From positions 372,001 to 436,000 of the forward strand of contig JANHCV010000003.1 in assembly GCA_025594325.1 (NCBI GenBank): a stretch of 64,000 nt of DNA, in the 5' to 3' direction. This DNA is from Blastocladiella emersonii ATCC 22665 (Eukaryota > Fungi > Blastocladiomycota). Below the pieces are notes generated by a model, which was given only the letters and a program-made list of their open reading frames with translations, searched no databases and had not been told where the DNA came from. Within the stretch, counting starts at the first letter, position 1, and the number at the start of each line of letters is the position of its first letter. This document shows positions 46,467-57,471 of the stretch, one piece after another. The position numbers and the translations under genes are program-made.

Positions 46467-48703
46467 TCAGACGATCGGCGACTCGACAAACTGCGGCATC
46501 TCCGCGGGATCCCCACTCACCACCTCGTCGAGCGTCGGCATCCCCTGCCCGCGCGCGAGCCGCGCCATGCACTCGCGGACCGCGGCCGCCGGGACCCCAG
46601 ATGGCGGCGCGCACGCCGCCGCGTCGTTGAGCGATTGCAGGCACGCGTCGCGGTCGCCGCGCGCGTCGTAAGCGTACGCCGCCAGGTAGTGGAACGTCAG
46701 CTCGCCCGGGTGCGCCGTGCGGAGGTCGGTCAGCAAGGGTAGCGCGGACTATACGGCGCACGGGTGTGAGAGAGGGCATGAGTGAGTGGGGAGATCGTAG
46801 TAGTACCTCGACGTCGTCCAGGTACAGGTGCGCCTTGACCGCGCCGGCCTTGCACGCCGGGTTCGCCGCGTCGAGCTTGAGCGCGTGCTGGAACACGCCG
46901 AGCGCGTCGCGCCACTTGGACTGCGCCAGGAGCGACTACACTCGGTCGAAAAGGTCAGCGCGCGCGTTCGCGGATGTGAGCACAGCAGCCGTACGTTGCC
47001 GACGGAAAGGTACATGGTCGCCGACGCGTTGATCTTGGCCGCGCGGACGTAGTGGTCCTGCGCCGCGGCGTGGTTGCCCTCGCGCTCGTACACGAGGCCG
47101 AGGCCGTTCCTACACTCGCCGCGAGTCAGATGTCGGCGGTGACTCGGCGCGCAGCAGTGGAGCGTACCATGCGTTGTAGCTGTTCGGGTCGAGCGCAACG
47201 GCCTTGCGGAACGCGGTGGCCGCCGCGTCGAGCCGGTCCATGGCGAGGTACTCGTGCTACACACCACCGCTTCGCGTCAGTCCCGCACCCCGTCCATCAC
47301 CCGCCGATGCGACGTACCCCAAGCATAACCCTCGCATACGCGTACGCCTGATCCACCTCGCCCGCACGCACAAACGCCGCGACCGCCGCTTCGTGCTTCC
47401 CCTGCAGCGACGCGAGGTTACCCTGGACCACGCCGACCTCCCTCGCCCCCGGTGCGACCCTACTGACCTCCGCCGCCAGCACCTCGAGCTCGGCCTTGCT
47501 CCCGAGCAGCCACAGCGCCGTCGAGTAGTAGTCCGCGCCCTCGCTGACACTCCACGGCTCAACCTTCCGCGCGCGCGCGAAATGGTCCCGGGCGGCGTGG
47601 TCGCGCCGGTCCAGCATGCACGCGCGCGCGAGGTGCCGCTGCACCCAGCCCGACGCCTGGTGCGTGGCCGGGAGAGAGAGGAGGTGGTGCCGCGCGGACG
47701 ACGGTTTGCATTGCGCGAGCGCGCGGACGGCGGAGGCGAGGGTGGTGAGGTGGGAGAGGAGCGGGGCGAGGCCCGAGGTCGCCTCGAGGGAGGCCTTTTT
47801 GGACGGAGGAGCGGGGGCAGAGGCGGGTTTAGGAGAGGACTCGAGGGCGGCGGTAGTGGCGAGCCGCTTCGACTGGCTCCGCGTCACGCGCGCGAGGTCG
47901 AGCCCGGCGTCGCTCGCGGTGCGTTTCCGCTTCGGCGTGCCCGTTGCCGCTGGCGCGGGCGCGGGCGCCGACTCCGTTAACGGCGCCGGTGCCGGTGTCG
48001 GCGGAGCTGGTGCGAGCGCGAGGATCCCACACGGCCGCGCATCGCGCACGAGCTTGAGCGCAGCGCTCGCCGCGTCGACGGTGAACGCGGACTTGATGAG
48101 GGATGCCGCCGAGGTTGCCGCGCCTACACTCTCCCGAATATCAGCCCGCTGTCCCACGACACCGACTTCGACGCGCGTACCCAGTTCGCACACCGCGGTG
48201 AACGAAGTCCACTGGAACGGCGACCCCGCGACCGCGCGCGCGTGGCAGTGCGCGGCGACCGCGGGCCGCTCAGTCCGTCGATAAATGTCGCCGAGGAGCG
48301 TCCAGACGGCGGCGGGCGCGGGCGGCTGCACAAACGACACCCCGTTCCCTTTAACCCCCTTGACAGGCCGCAGGACCACCGCCCCAGTCTTGGCATCGAC
48401 GCGCGCGACGAGCGCGGCCTCGGCGTCGTGTAACTGCCCGGCAGCGACGCACGCGCGCGCGTATAGGAAGCGGCACGCGGCGGAGACGCCGATAAAGTCG
48501 CGTAGGGCGAGTGCGGCGGCGGCGGGACGGTTTTGGTGGAACAGGGTGCGGGCGAGCCAGTACCGTGCGTCGGGGCGCAGCGGGAAGAAGGCGACGAGGC
48601 GGTCGGCGAGGAAGTGCGCCGTGGCGAAGTCGAGGTGGTCGAGCGCTGACTGGATGGCCAGCGCGAGGTGGGTGCCGAGAGTCATCGGGGTTGATTCGTC
48701 CAT
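46467..48703 (-). CDS. CDC27: Anaphase-promoting complex TPR subunit CDC27/APC3 (about 4 introns in the 3' part)
   Basis: AIQSALDHLDFATAHFLADRL (ANAPC3 N-terminus); YYSTALWLL, GNLASLQGKHEAAV.AF.RA..D.AYAYA; TPR exons end at TGA 46467-46469. Confidence 0.88.
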
Positions 48704-48858
48704 GGGAGTTGCATTTACGGGGGGAAGTGGAGAGAAGGAGCGCGACGACCGACGCGTTCGGACCTGTGCGACCGCGTAGACCGACCACCGAGTCCAGAGA
48801 GCAGAAAAAAATTCAACTGTATATCTCCTCGAGCGCGACAAGCGACACGCGCGCCCGC

Positions 48859-49751
48859 TCACGGCTGGTTGGCGCCGTAGCCGCGGATGGACTCGGCAAA
48901 GCCCCACTCGGTGGGCATGGCCATGGGCTCGGAGACGGTGACGCCCTTGTCGTTGACGGTGGCGACCTGGAACTTGTTGATGGAGCGGGCGTCGCGGTAG
49001 AAGAGGACGCGCATCACGTTGTGGATGATCTTGCGGGCCTCGTCCTCGGTCAGCGTGTCCTCGCGGCCCTCGACGGCCTTGCGCAGGATGGGCTGGGCGA
49101 GGTGGGCGCCGAACCCCGTGGCGATGGTCGAGGCCGAGTACGTGACGCCCTTCATGTCGACGCACCCGAGAAACTTTTCACCGTCCTTGATCCCACCCAC
49201 GACCAGCGTGTTCCACAGGAAGTTGAACTTGGACCGGCGGTGGTACATGACGCGGTGCAGGTACTCGTACACGTTGACGGGGCCCAGGGCGTGGCCATCG
49301 TCGGCCTCGTTCTCCTCGATCATGAGCGTCTCGAGCTGGTGCTTGATGTACGCGAAGTCGGACACGTCGCCCGACCCGCCCACCACCGTGTAGTCGCCGA
49401 CGGGCGTCATGCGCTCCATGTCGCGGAAGCGCGCGAGCGAGCCGTACGAGGCTACACTTATTGCGGGTCAGTGCGGTGACCTCAAAAAGCAGAGCACCGA
49501 GAGGAAAGCGCACCCAGGCAGTCGGTCGCCATCATGACGCCGTCCTTGTACTTGATGGCGACGACCGAGGTGCCCGTGACGACGGGGCTCGACGTGTGGG
49601 TGGTGGCGCCGCCGACGGCGTAGTCGGCCGACACGCCGACGTTCTCGTGCGCCGTCGGGTGGACGGGCGCGCGGCCGGGCGTCACCAGCCAGTTGTGCTC
49701 CTCGGCGCCGGGCGCGCGCTGCTTGCCCCAGTTGAGCGGGAAGTAGTCCAT
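48859..49751 (-). CDS. PRE4: 20S proteasome subunit beta-7 (PRE4/PSMB4), 1 intron
   Basis: PVVTGTSVVAIKYKDGVMMATDCL|ASYGSLARF; YHRRSKFNFLWN; VLFYRDARSINKF; WGFA..IRGYG. Confidence 0.96.
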
Positions 49752-50008
49752 GGCGTTGCGTTGCGGTGGGTGTTGATTGCGTTGCAGCGTGCGTGTTGCT
49801 GGTTCGGGCGGAGGGGCGAGGAAGAGGCGGCGAGGTGAACGACGCGCGCGCAGGCCGCGATGACGCTGCCCGCTCCCGCCGGTCATGTGCCCCCCACACG
49901 CCGCCCTCGGCCCACGCGTCGCTCATGCCGATCGCTCCTCTCTTGCCGGGCCGCTCGGAGCCTTCGCTCCCTCTCTTCGCGCATGCAACGAGACCCATGT
50001 AACGCACC

Positions 50009-51061
50009 ATGCTCGGCGCCGCCACCCCGCCGCCCACCCCGCCGTCGCCCGTGTGCCTCATCGGCCACTGCTGCCACGGTACCCGTCACCGCCGCCGCCG
50101 CGCCGCACCCACCCCCCTCACACCCCAAGACTCCACCCACCTAGACACGCTCGTCCTGCGCAACGGCGACGGCCACCACCGTGTCCTCGGCGGGTCCGTC
50201 GCGTACATGGCGCGCTTCCTGCACGCCGCGGACGTGCCGTACCACCTCGCGACCGCCGTCGGCGCCGACTTTGCGTTCGCCGGCGCCGCCCGCCCGGCGT
50301 GGCTCCCGCCACTCGCGCCCACCGGGAAGCTGCCGACGACGCACTACGTCAACGACTTTTCAGCCACCCGAAACGCGCTTGCGGACGACCGCGAGGAACA
50401 CGTCCGCGCGCGGTGCGCCGACCTGACGCCCGCGCTGATCGCCGCCTCGCTTCCCTCCTCTCCACCCGTGCTCGATATCGCCTGCGTCGTCCCGATCGTC
50501 GGCGAGGTCTCGCTCCCCACGCTCGCCTGGATCCGCCGCACCGCGCGCCTCGTCCTCGCCGACGCCCAGGGCCTCGTGCGCCGCGTCCCTGCTTCCATCT
50601 CACCCACTTCCCCCGCCCGCGTCGAGCGCCGCGCTATCGACCCCGCGGCCTACGCGTGCATCGACTTCCTCAAGGTCGGCGACGCCGAGGCCCAGTACGT
50701 GTGCCGCGCCGCCGCCGCAACCGCCGGGTGCACGCTGCTCGTGACGCACGGCGGGTCGCCAGCACCCGTCCACGCCCGCGCGGGGCGCGCGGTCCCCGAG
50801 TGCGAGATCTGCCTCCCCGACGGGTCCACGGTCATCGTGCCTGGATTCGCCGTGCCCGCGGACAAGTGCCGCGACCCGACGGGGTGCGGCGACGCGTTCC
50901 TCGCGGGCGTCGTGGTCGGTCTGCGCCGCGGGTTGGGGGTGGCGGAGGCGGTGCGTGTCGGCCACTCGTTCGGCGCGCTCAATGTCCAGCATGTCGGGAT
51001 CCCGCCCGACGGCGCGTTGCCGCCGCTGCTGCTCGGTGTGGTGGAGGGAGGGGTGGTGTGA
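50009..51061 (+). CDS. PfkB/ribokinase-family carbohydrate kinase
   Basis: GGSVAYMA..L..VGAD N-terminal signature, DFLKV, DPTGCGDAFLAG C-terminal signature. Confidence 0.85.
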   Translation: MLGAATPPPTPPSPVCLIGHCCHGTRHRRRRAAPTPLTPQDSTHLDTLVLRNGDGHHRVLGGSVAYMARFLHAADVPYHLATAVGADFAFAGAARPAWLPPLAPTGKLPTTHYVNDFSATRNALADDREEHVRARCADLTPALIAASLPSSPPVLDIACVVPIVGEVSLPTLAWIRRTARLVLADAQGLVRRVPASISPTSPARVERRAIDPAAYACIDFLKVGDAEAQYVCRAAAATAGCTLLVTHGGSPAPVHARAGRAVPECEICLPDGSTVIVPGFAVPADKCRDPTGCGDAFLAGVVVGLRRGLGVAEAVRVGHSFGALNVQHVGIPPDGALPPLLLGVVEGGVV

Positions 51062-51126
51062 GGGAACTAGGGGTTGTTGCGTGCCATGTATATCAATTAT
51101 TCGGTCCAGTATCGCGAACGAGCGAG

Positions 51127-52450
51127 CTAGTGGATGCCCATGTCCTTGAGGTACCGCGCCACCGCCTGGTACACGAGCTCAAACTGGCCCTACACACACC
51201 AGATGTCAGTCCAGCTCGCACAGCCTCCTCCTCCAAAGACAACCGTACCCTCGTCTGGACCATCTGCACGCGCTGCGACCGGAGGTCCGCGACGACGGCC
51301 GCGACGATATCCTCGTGGCGGTCCCACTCGGGGAACGCGAGTTTCGCCTCGAGGTACCGCGTGATCACGTCGACCGCGATGAACGTGCCGGTACGCCCGC
51401 ACCCGGCACTGCAGTGGACGACCATCGGGTTGCGCAGCGACGGGCTGACGAACCGCGCGAGCTCCATGAGGCTGAGCAGCGCGTCAACATCGACGGTGCC
51501 GTGGTCGGGCCACAGCGGCGCGTCGAGCTGCCACACCGTCGTCGTGTAGTCGCCCTGCTCGGGGCACTTGTACGTCAGGTCGAACTTGCGCAGCGTGACG
51601 CCCGCGAGGTTCGCGACGGTGCCCGCCGCCGCCTCGGTCGCGCGGTACCGGCGGCCGACGGCGAGTTGGCGCTGGTACGACGCGAGCATGTCCCCCGGCG
51701 CCTCGGGGGTCTCGATCGCGACGTGGTCGACCGTCAGCGTCGCCGCGCCGCCCATGGGCACCTCAAAGTCGCCGTCCTCGGCCCAGTACTGGTCGTACTT
51801 GACGCGCCGCGACTCGACCTGCTTCGTCAGGCACACGATTAGGCGCACCTGGCGCTGGTACACCATCCGCCACACGTTGCCCACCGTGTGCGGCTGCGGG
51901 CCCTGCATCGCAATGTACGCGTTGTCGCGCATCATGGCATTTGTCTAAACGTGGGAGAAGAAAGCGTTAGTGGAGCCGTGGGGTGGGGCGGCGGTGAGAC
52001 CGTACCAGCGGGACCTGGATCACGGACGCGTTGATGTAGTCTCCGCCCGCTGCGTTGGCCACGGGCACGCGGTTCACGTCGACTACACTCAGCCATAGCG
52101 TTAGCCACCGCAATGAGATCCACGCTCTGAGCTCCCGGCCGTACACGGAAAGATGTTCGAGTACCGGTTATGCGGCAAGTTCTCGGGCCGCTGCGACTCG
52201 AGGGCGCAGAACCGCGACCCGGGGACCGCGCACTCGCGGTCGACGGCGAGATCGATCGGGGCCGTCACATCCTACACTCCCCTTCCAGCAACAATCAGCG
52301 ACCTCGCCCACCCGCGATCGAGAGCGCGCAAACTGCAACGCACGCACGCACGTGGAACGTCTGCGCCGTGTACTGCGGCCCGCGCACGGGGTCGTTCGCG
52401 ACGGCGCGGATGTAGTTGACCTGCGGGCGGCCCGAGGGCGAGTTGGACAT
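51127..52450 (-). CDS. Classical protein tyrosine phosphatase (multi-exon)
   Basis: HNRYSNIFP, DYINAS, YIAMQGP, WPDHG, VVHCSAGCGRTGTF, LRSQRVQMVQT|.QF motifs. Confidence 0.93.
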
Positions 52451-52869
52451 GGCGGCGGCGAGGCGCTGGAAGCGGACGGCGGGCGGCGGGGACGGAGCGC
52501 GGGCACGGCGGAGGCACGCCTGCAGGCACGATTGCATCAAGTCAAGGGCCGCAGCGGCGCTTCATGGAAGTCGGGTTCGGGCGACGGCGGGGAAGGGGAG
52601 CGGGGAGGGCCGAGAAAGGAGCGGCGACGCCGAGCCACACGTGAGGCGCGCCGTGGTCTCGCGCGGGAGACACTCGCGCGAGACACTCGCGCGAGACGCG
52701 TCTAATTTTGCCTCTTGCCCCCCGCCGCGGCTGGCTGCCCGCTGCGCACCGCCGCCGTGAGATGTTAGAGTGCTGCTCTCTCTCCTCGATCCGACACAGC
52801 GGTCCATGAAGCATCTGATCTGACCGGACCGACTGCCTGCAACGAGATCCCACCGCCGCCGCTGCCGCC

Positions 52870-54900
52870 ATGTCGTGGCTACAGAAGCTCAAGACCAAAA
52901 CCAAGTCCAAGGACAACCTCGGCTCCGGCGACGGCGCCGCGGGCAGCATCCCGACCAGCCCCGTCAACAAGGTCGCGCCCGACGCGACGGGCGACGGTTC
53001 GGGCAAGGCGGCAGCGAGCCGCACCGCGTCCGAGAATGCCCTGAACATCAACACCTCGGCCGTCTCGGCACCACCGGCGGCCGGCGGCGCCCCGGCAACC
53101 GTCGCCGCGATCGAGGCCGGCGTCGCCAACATCAAGCTCAAGGCCGTGCACCCGACGCAGGGGACCAACGCGCAGGTCGCGCAGGCGCTGTCGGCCAAAG
53201 CCGTGTCGGGCCTGCTGCAGATCCGCGTCCTCGAGGGCCGCGACGTCGTGGTACCCTCGCGCGTGCTCGAGGAGCTCCGCGGCGGCGGCAGCGCGTCATC
53301 CAACGCGCAGTCCGGCACGCCCGCGCACCTGCCCTTCATCGTGCTGTCGTACGACAAGAACGAGGTGGTCGTCAACGCGTCGGCCGGCTCGCTCGTCGCG
53401 CCCGTGTGGCGCAGCCGCGCGACGTTTGACCTCACGCACGAGACCGAGCTTGGCGTGCACGTCTTCATCCGCATGGCGCCGTCGTCCTCGTCGCCCACGG
53501 GCGCGCACCCGCACGGCGGCGACGGTGATCAGCAACGCGTCGGTCTCGACGCGCCGCACCCGCACTCGGGGACCAGCGGGCAGATGTCGCCCGGGTGCAT
53601 GCCGTCGGACGTGCACCTCGGGTCCACGGTCGTCGAGTACTCGACGATCCCGACCAAGCCCGGCGAGGCGCGCGACTTGTGGCTGCCCGTCTACCTGCCG
53701 ACGTCGACACACCCGACGGCGCACGTGCACCTGCAGCTGACGCACCGCGCGCTGGTCGGGTCGGGCGCGACCATCTCGATCGACGACTTTGAGCTGCTCA
53801 AGGTGATCGGCAAGGGCAGCTTCGGCAAGGTGATGCAGGTGCGGAAAAAGGACACGGGCCGGATCTACGCGCTCAAGATCCTCAAGAAGTCGCACATCGT
53901 AAGCCGCGAGGAGGTGACGCACACGCTGAGCGAGCGCAACGTGCTCATGAAGTTGCGCCACCCGTTCATCGTCAACCTCAAGTTCTCGTTCCAGTCGTCG
54001 GCCAAGCTGTACCTCGTGCTGCCCTTCATCAACGGCGGCGAGCTGTTCAAGCACCTGTCGCAGGAGGGCCGGTTCGAGGAGGAGCGCGCCCGCTTCTACG
54101 CCGCCGAGCTCACCACCGCCCTCGAGTGCCTCCACTCGTACGACATCATCTACCGCGACCTCAAGCCAGAGAACATCCTGCTCGATTACTCGGGCCACAT
54201 TGCCCTGTGCGATTTCGGCCTGTGCAAGCTCAACATGGGCGACGGCACCCGCACCAACACTTTCTGCGGCACCCCCGAGTACCTCGCGTGCGAGGTCCTG
54301 CTCAGCAACGGGTACACCAAGTCGGTCGACTGGTGGACGCTCGGCGTGCTTCTCTTCGGTACGTTTCTCGGCCATGACTCGCGCCCGCATCCCTCTCACC
54401 TCTTGAATTGTATAGAAATGCTCACGGGCCTCCCGCCGTTCTACGACGAGAACCTGAACGAAATGTACCGCAAGATCCTGTACGCGCCGCTATCGTTCCC
54501 GTCGTTCCTGTCGCCGACGGCGCAGTCGCTCCTGTCGGGCCTGCTCGACCGCGACCCGGAGCGGCGGCTCGGCAGCGCGAACCGCGGCGGCGCCGCCGAG
54601 ATCAAGGCGCACCCGTTCTTCGCGACCGTCGACTGGCGCGCGCTGCTCGAGAAGAAGATCACCCCGCCCTTCAAGCCCGCCGTCGAGAACGCCTTCGACA
54701 CGTCCAACTTTGACGAGGAGTTCACGTCCGAGGTCCCCTGCGACTCGGTCGTCAACGACTCGGTCCTCTCGCAGACGGTCCAGGGCCAGTTCGCCGGGTT
54801 CACGTATATCCCTGGCAACGACCTCACGGGCGCCGCCGGCGGGACGTACCAGGCGCCGTCGTCGGTCATTGGCGCCGGGGGGAGTCTGCTCTCGCCATGA
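52870..54900 (+). CDS. YPK1: AGC Ser/Thr kinase Ypk1/Gad8/SGK type with C2-like domain (57-nt in-frame intron 54359-54415)
   Basis: IDDFELLKVIGKGSFGKVMQVRKKDTGRIYALK, YRDLKPENILLD, DFGLCK, TFCGTPEY, TSNFDEEFT, hydrophobic motif FAGFTY. Confidence 0.93.
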   Translation: MSWLQKLKTKTKSKDNLGSGDGAAGSIPTSPVNKVAPDATGDGSGKAAASRTASENALNINTSAVSAPPAAGGAPATVAAIEAGVANIKLKAVHPTQGTNAQVAQALSAKAVSGLLQIRVLEGRDVVVPSRVLEELRGGGSASSNAQSGTPAHLPFIVLSYDKNEVVVNASAGSLVAPVWRSRATFDLTHETELGVHVFIRMAPSSSSPTGAHPHGGDGDQQRVGLDAPHPHSGTSGQMSPGCMPSDVHLGSTVVEYSTIPTKPGEARDLWLPVYLPTSTHPTAHVHLQLTHRALVGSGATISIDDFELLKVIGKGSFGKVMQVRKKDTGRIYALKILKKSHIVSREEVTHTLSERNVLMKLRHPFIVNLKFSFQSSAKLYLVLPFINGGELFKHLSQEGRFEEERARFYAAELTTALECLHSYDIIYRDLKPENILLDYSGHIALCDFGLCKLNMGDGTRTNTFCGTPEYLACEVLLSNGYTKSVDWWTLGVLLFGTFLGHDSRPHPSHLLNCIEMLTGLPPFYDENLNEMYRKILYAPLSFPSFLSPTAQSLLSGLLDRDPERRLGSANRGGAAEIKAHPFFATVDWRALLEKKITPPFKPAVENAFDTSNFDEEFTSEVPCDSVVNDSVLSQTVQGQFAGFTYIPGNDLTGAAGGTYQAPSSVIGAGGSLLSP

Positions 54901-55084
54901 TGATCGAGGTCGGTGTGGTGTACGGGGGTCGAATACATGGATGAACTTGGGTGACAACCGACTGATCAGCGCCGCGATCACGGCCATGGGCCTGTCCGTC
55001 GAGGACAAAAACGCGTCAATTCATTCAACTGACCGGCTCCACGGAAATTCGTTGGACAAATGCCGGCAGTAACTTGAGACGGGA

Positions 55085-55411
55085 GTGAGCCTCGTTCAAA
55101 TAGCTGGAGGCTGCTTCTTTCGTCGCGCTCCTTCTTCCAGCCGACTGCTCCCTGAGTGCCTCATCAAGATAAAGAACATGATCACCAATAAAAAAGCAGT
55201 CCTGCTTGCCGTGTGCATGCTCTTCCTCGTCCTGCATCCCCCGAGCCAGTGGGGTTTCTACACGGGCGCCCTCTTTGGATTCATCATCATGGTCATGATC
55301 GTCTACGCTTGCGGGTACGGGATGAGCGAGCTTGTCGAGGTTGTCAAGCGGAACAGTATGCGGAGTACGTGTGTCTCGCCTGCTCGATTCATCCTTGGGA
55401 AAGAAACCTGA
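55085..55411 (+). CDS. Possible small two-TM protein
   Basis: Two hydrophobic stretches (VLLAVCMLFLVL; LFGFIIMVMIVYA) followed by a GTACGT donor-like site; weak codon signal. Confidence 0.3.
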   Translation: MSLVQIAGGCFFRRAPSSSRLLPECLIKIKNMITNKKAVLLAVCMLFLVLHPPSQWGFYTGALFGFIIMVMIVYACGYGMSELVEVVKRNSMRSTCVSPARFILGKET

Positions 55412-56115
55412 CAACCGATCTCAGACAACCGGCGGTAGAGCCTTTCAACGTGTGCCGCGGTGCGTCCGATGGATCGAGTGAGCAAGTGCCAAGCTGCCGT
55501 CTGTCGCTGGGATTTCATGGGCAACGTTTGTTTTTGTTGAATTTGGAAACCTAGAGTGCTCAAACATAACGAATTACTTGCTGGTCAGCATCTGATGGTT
55601 GCGTAAAAGCGATGGAACGATGTTTGCACGTTGATCAAGTCTTGGTAGCGCGCTGAGAACCAAGCTTACGACATCCTAAACGTTGCGTCGGTTGAGTCGG
55701 AATGAGCTGATTGTTGCTCGGAGCGCTTTGGCTGCGAGAGATATCCTCCAGACAAGATCGAAACCAGTCAAAACTGGTCGAACATGTAGCGCATCACATA
55801 CGCACTAAGCGCTAACGGTGGCGAATCGCCAAATCGCGCTTCCACAGCAGGCTGGTAATCGCGGCGCTAGCGCCTTGATCCGGACCTGTCCTCCAAAAGT
55901 CGATTGCTGACAGCTGGATCTGATCATGATGATTGCCCGCAGTTCGGATCGTGGACATTTCGATGACACATTTCTTCCGAGAGACTGACCACTAGCAAAC
56001 ATGTTTGTCCAGCGTTTGTCCCTCAAGACCCGCTTTCAATTAGCCCGCCTGTCAACTTTCAAAAGGTCGGCCTCCCGCCTTTCATGTTAGAGCGGTTGCT
56101 TTCCATTAAACTGCC

Positions 56116-56815
56116 ATGAAAATTCACATCATCATCGCGGCTTGGCTGCTGCTCGTGCTCGCAACTTTGACGCATGCTCAGTCGTGGTGGTTTCGCGATC
56201 GAGTCTTGCTCAAGGAAGTCGAGCTCCTCGTCTTTCGACAGGGCGAGAAGACAACAGGTCACCGAAACCCTTCAAGTCCACAGCTCCTGTGCGTTGGAGG
56301 CGACGCGTGTTCGGGATTCCAGCCGCGGGAAATGCAGTGCCGGGTGCGTTCTCACACCCCTGGATTTGACTTGTCCCATCACATTAACTCTAGATTACAT
56401 GTAGAATCTAGGCCAAGACGTCAAGGGCGTCGTGTGGTCCTGCATGATTGAGCCCAACGATGCGTACGAGCTCGGCAGCACGATCGTTTCATGCGAAGGA
56501 TACGAGCGCGACGATGGTACGCTCGCTCATGCAACTGAATGTAAACAACCCTCATGAGTTGACCCTGTGATCGCAGACGAGTACGTCCTTGAGGGCTCGT
56601 GCCGCGCCAAGTACGAGCTACATGCCAAATCCACGTGGAAGGCGCAGGAGCAACCGAAACCCAGTCAAGGGAGTTTCTGGTTTGGGCTCTTGTTTGGGCT
56701 ATGTGCTGCTGCTGGCCTCGCGTTCCTTGTGATGCTCTGTGCCAGCGGTGTTTTTGTCGCAGCTGCGGCGCACGAGCAACACGTCCTCGCAGTCTGTACG
56801 TGCAGTTCGGTGTGA
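56116..56815 (+). CDS. SARAF: SARAF/TMEM66 (DUF1183)-like membrane protein, 2 introns
   Basis: Signal peptide; VLLKEV.LL..TT.R..PQL.CVGG.AC..P..MQC|NLG.D..W.C..VSCEGYE.DD|EYVL.GSC..Y.L; C-terminal TM. Confidence 0.8.
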
Positions 56816-57471
56816 TCTCACTCGAAAGCTAGAGCTCATTGAATAACGTACCTGTAGATAACCAACAAAACCTGATTGGGAACTAGGGTCTGCCCAGCTC
56901 GGGACAATGAGTGCCAAACGGATCTGTGTGCGTCGAATTCAGTGTTCATTGTCGTGCCTCAAGTGCGGGAATAGAAGAAGCCTTTCATCGCTGCAAAGTC
57001 CATTGTGGTTGCTTGCGCCTGCAGCCCCAAACCGCGAGACTTTCGGGACGCTTCGTCGACGCGTCGAACAATCACGTGACCGCGTGAGACATCTCGAGAC
57101 GTTCCGTTCCGAGCGACAAACCGAGGAGAAGATTTGAAGAACACACTTTTCTGTCTTGCTTGATGATTTTTCTTTCATTATACTTGAGGCACCTAAACGC
57201 TTCGCGTTTGGTTTTCAATCGAGGGCTAAAGCCCCCGCCACGTATGGTGCACGAGTGGTGGAGGTGCTGTCGCGTGCGTCCCGCACAGGAGATTTAGGTG
57301 ATCGAGCTATGGAAATCGTGCTATTGATGGATTAGATGATGGAATACACTACGTTAATACTCTACTGTGTTTTCTGTTTCTTGGCGTTCTGTGAGCCGTC
57401 CTCGCCTCCAGCACGTTTCTTGGCCAATCGCCGAAACCTTGCGTTGAGAGCATCGGATGCGCGCTTGGCGA

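Noticed and set aside
46467-49751. CDC27 plus PRE4 as part of the ubiquitin island
   Set aside because: Both are ordinary conserved genes within an unrelated housekeeping block; adjacency is probably coincidental.
55560-57170. Further LRR-like remnants on the minus strand (SKCPRSELRAI, WFRSCLEDI, RNVSRCLTRSRDC)
   Set aside because: Too short and stop-ridden to support a call by eye.
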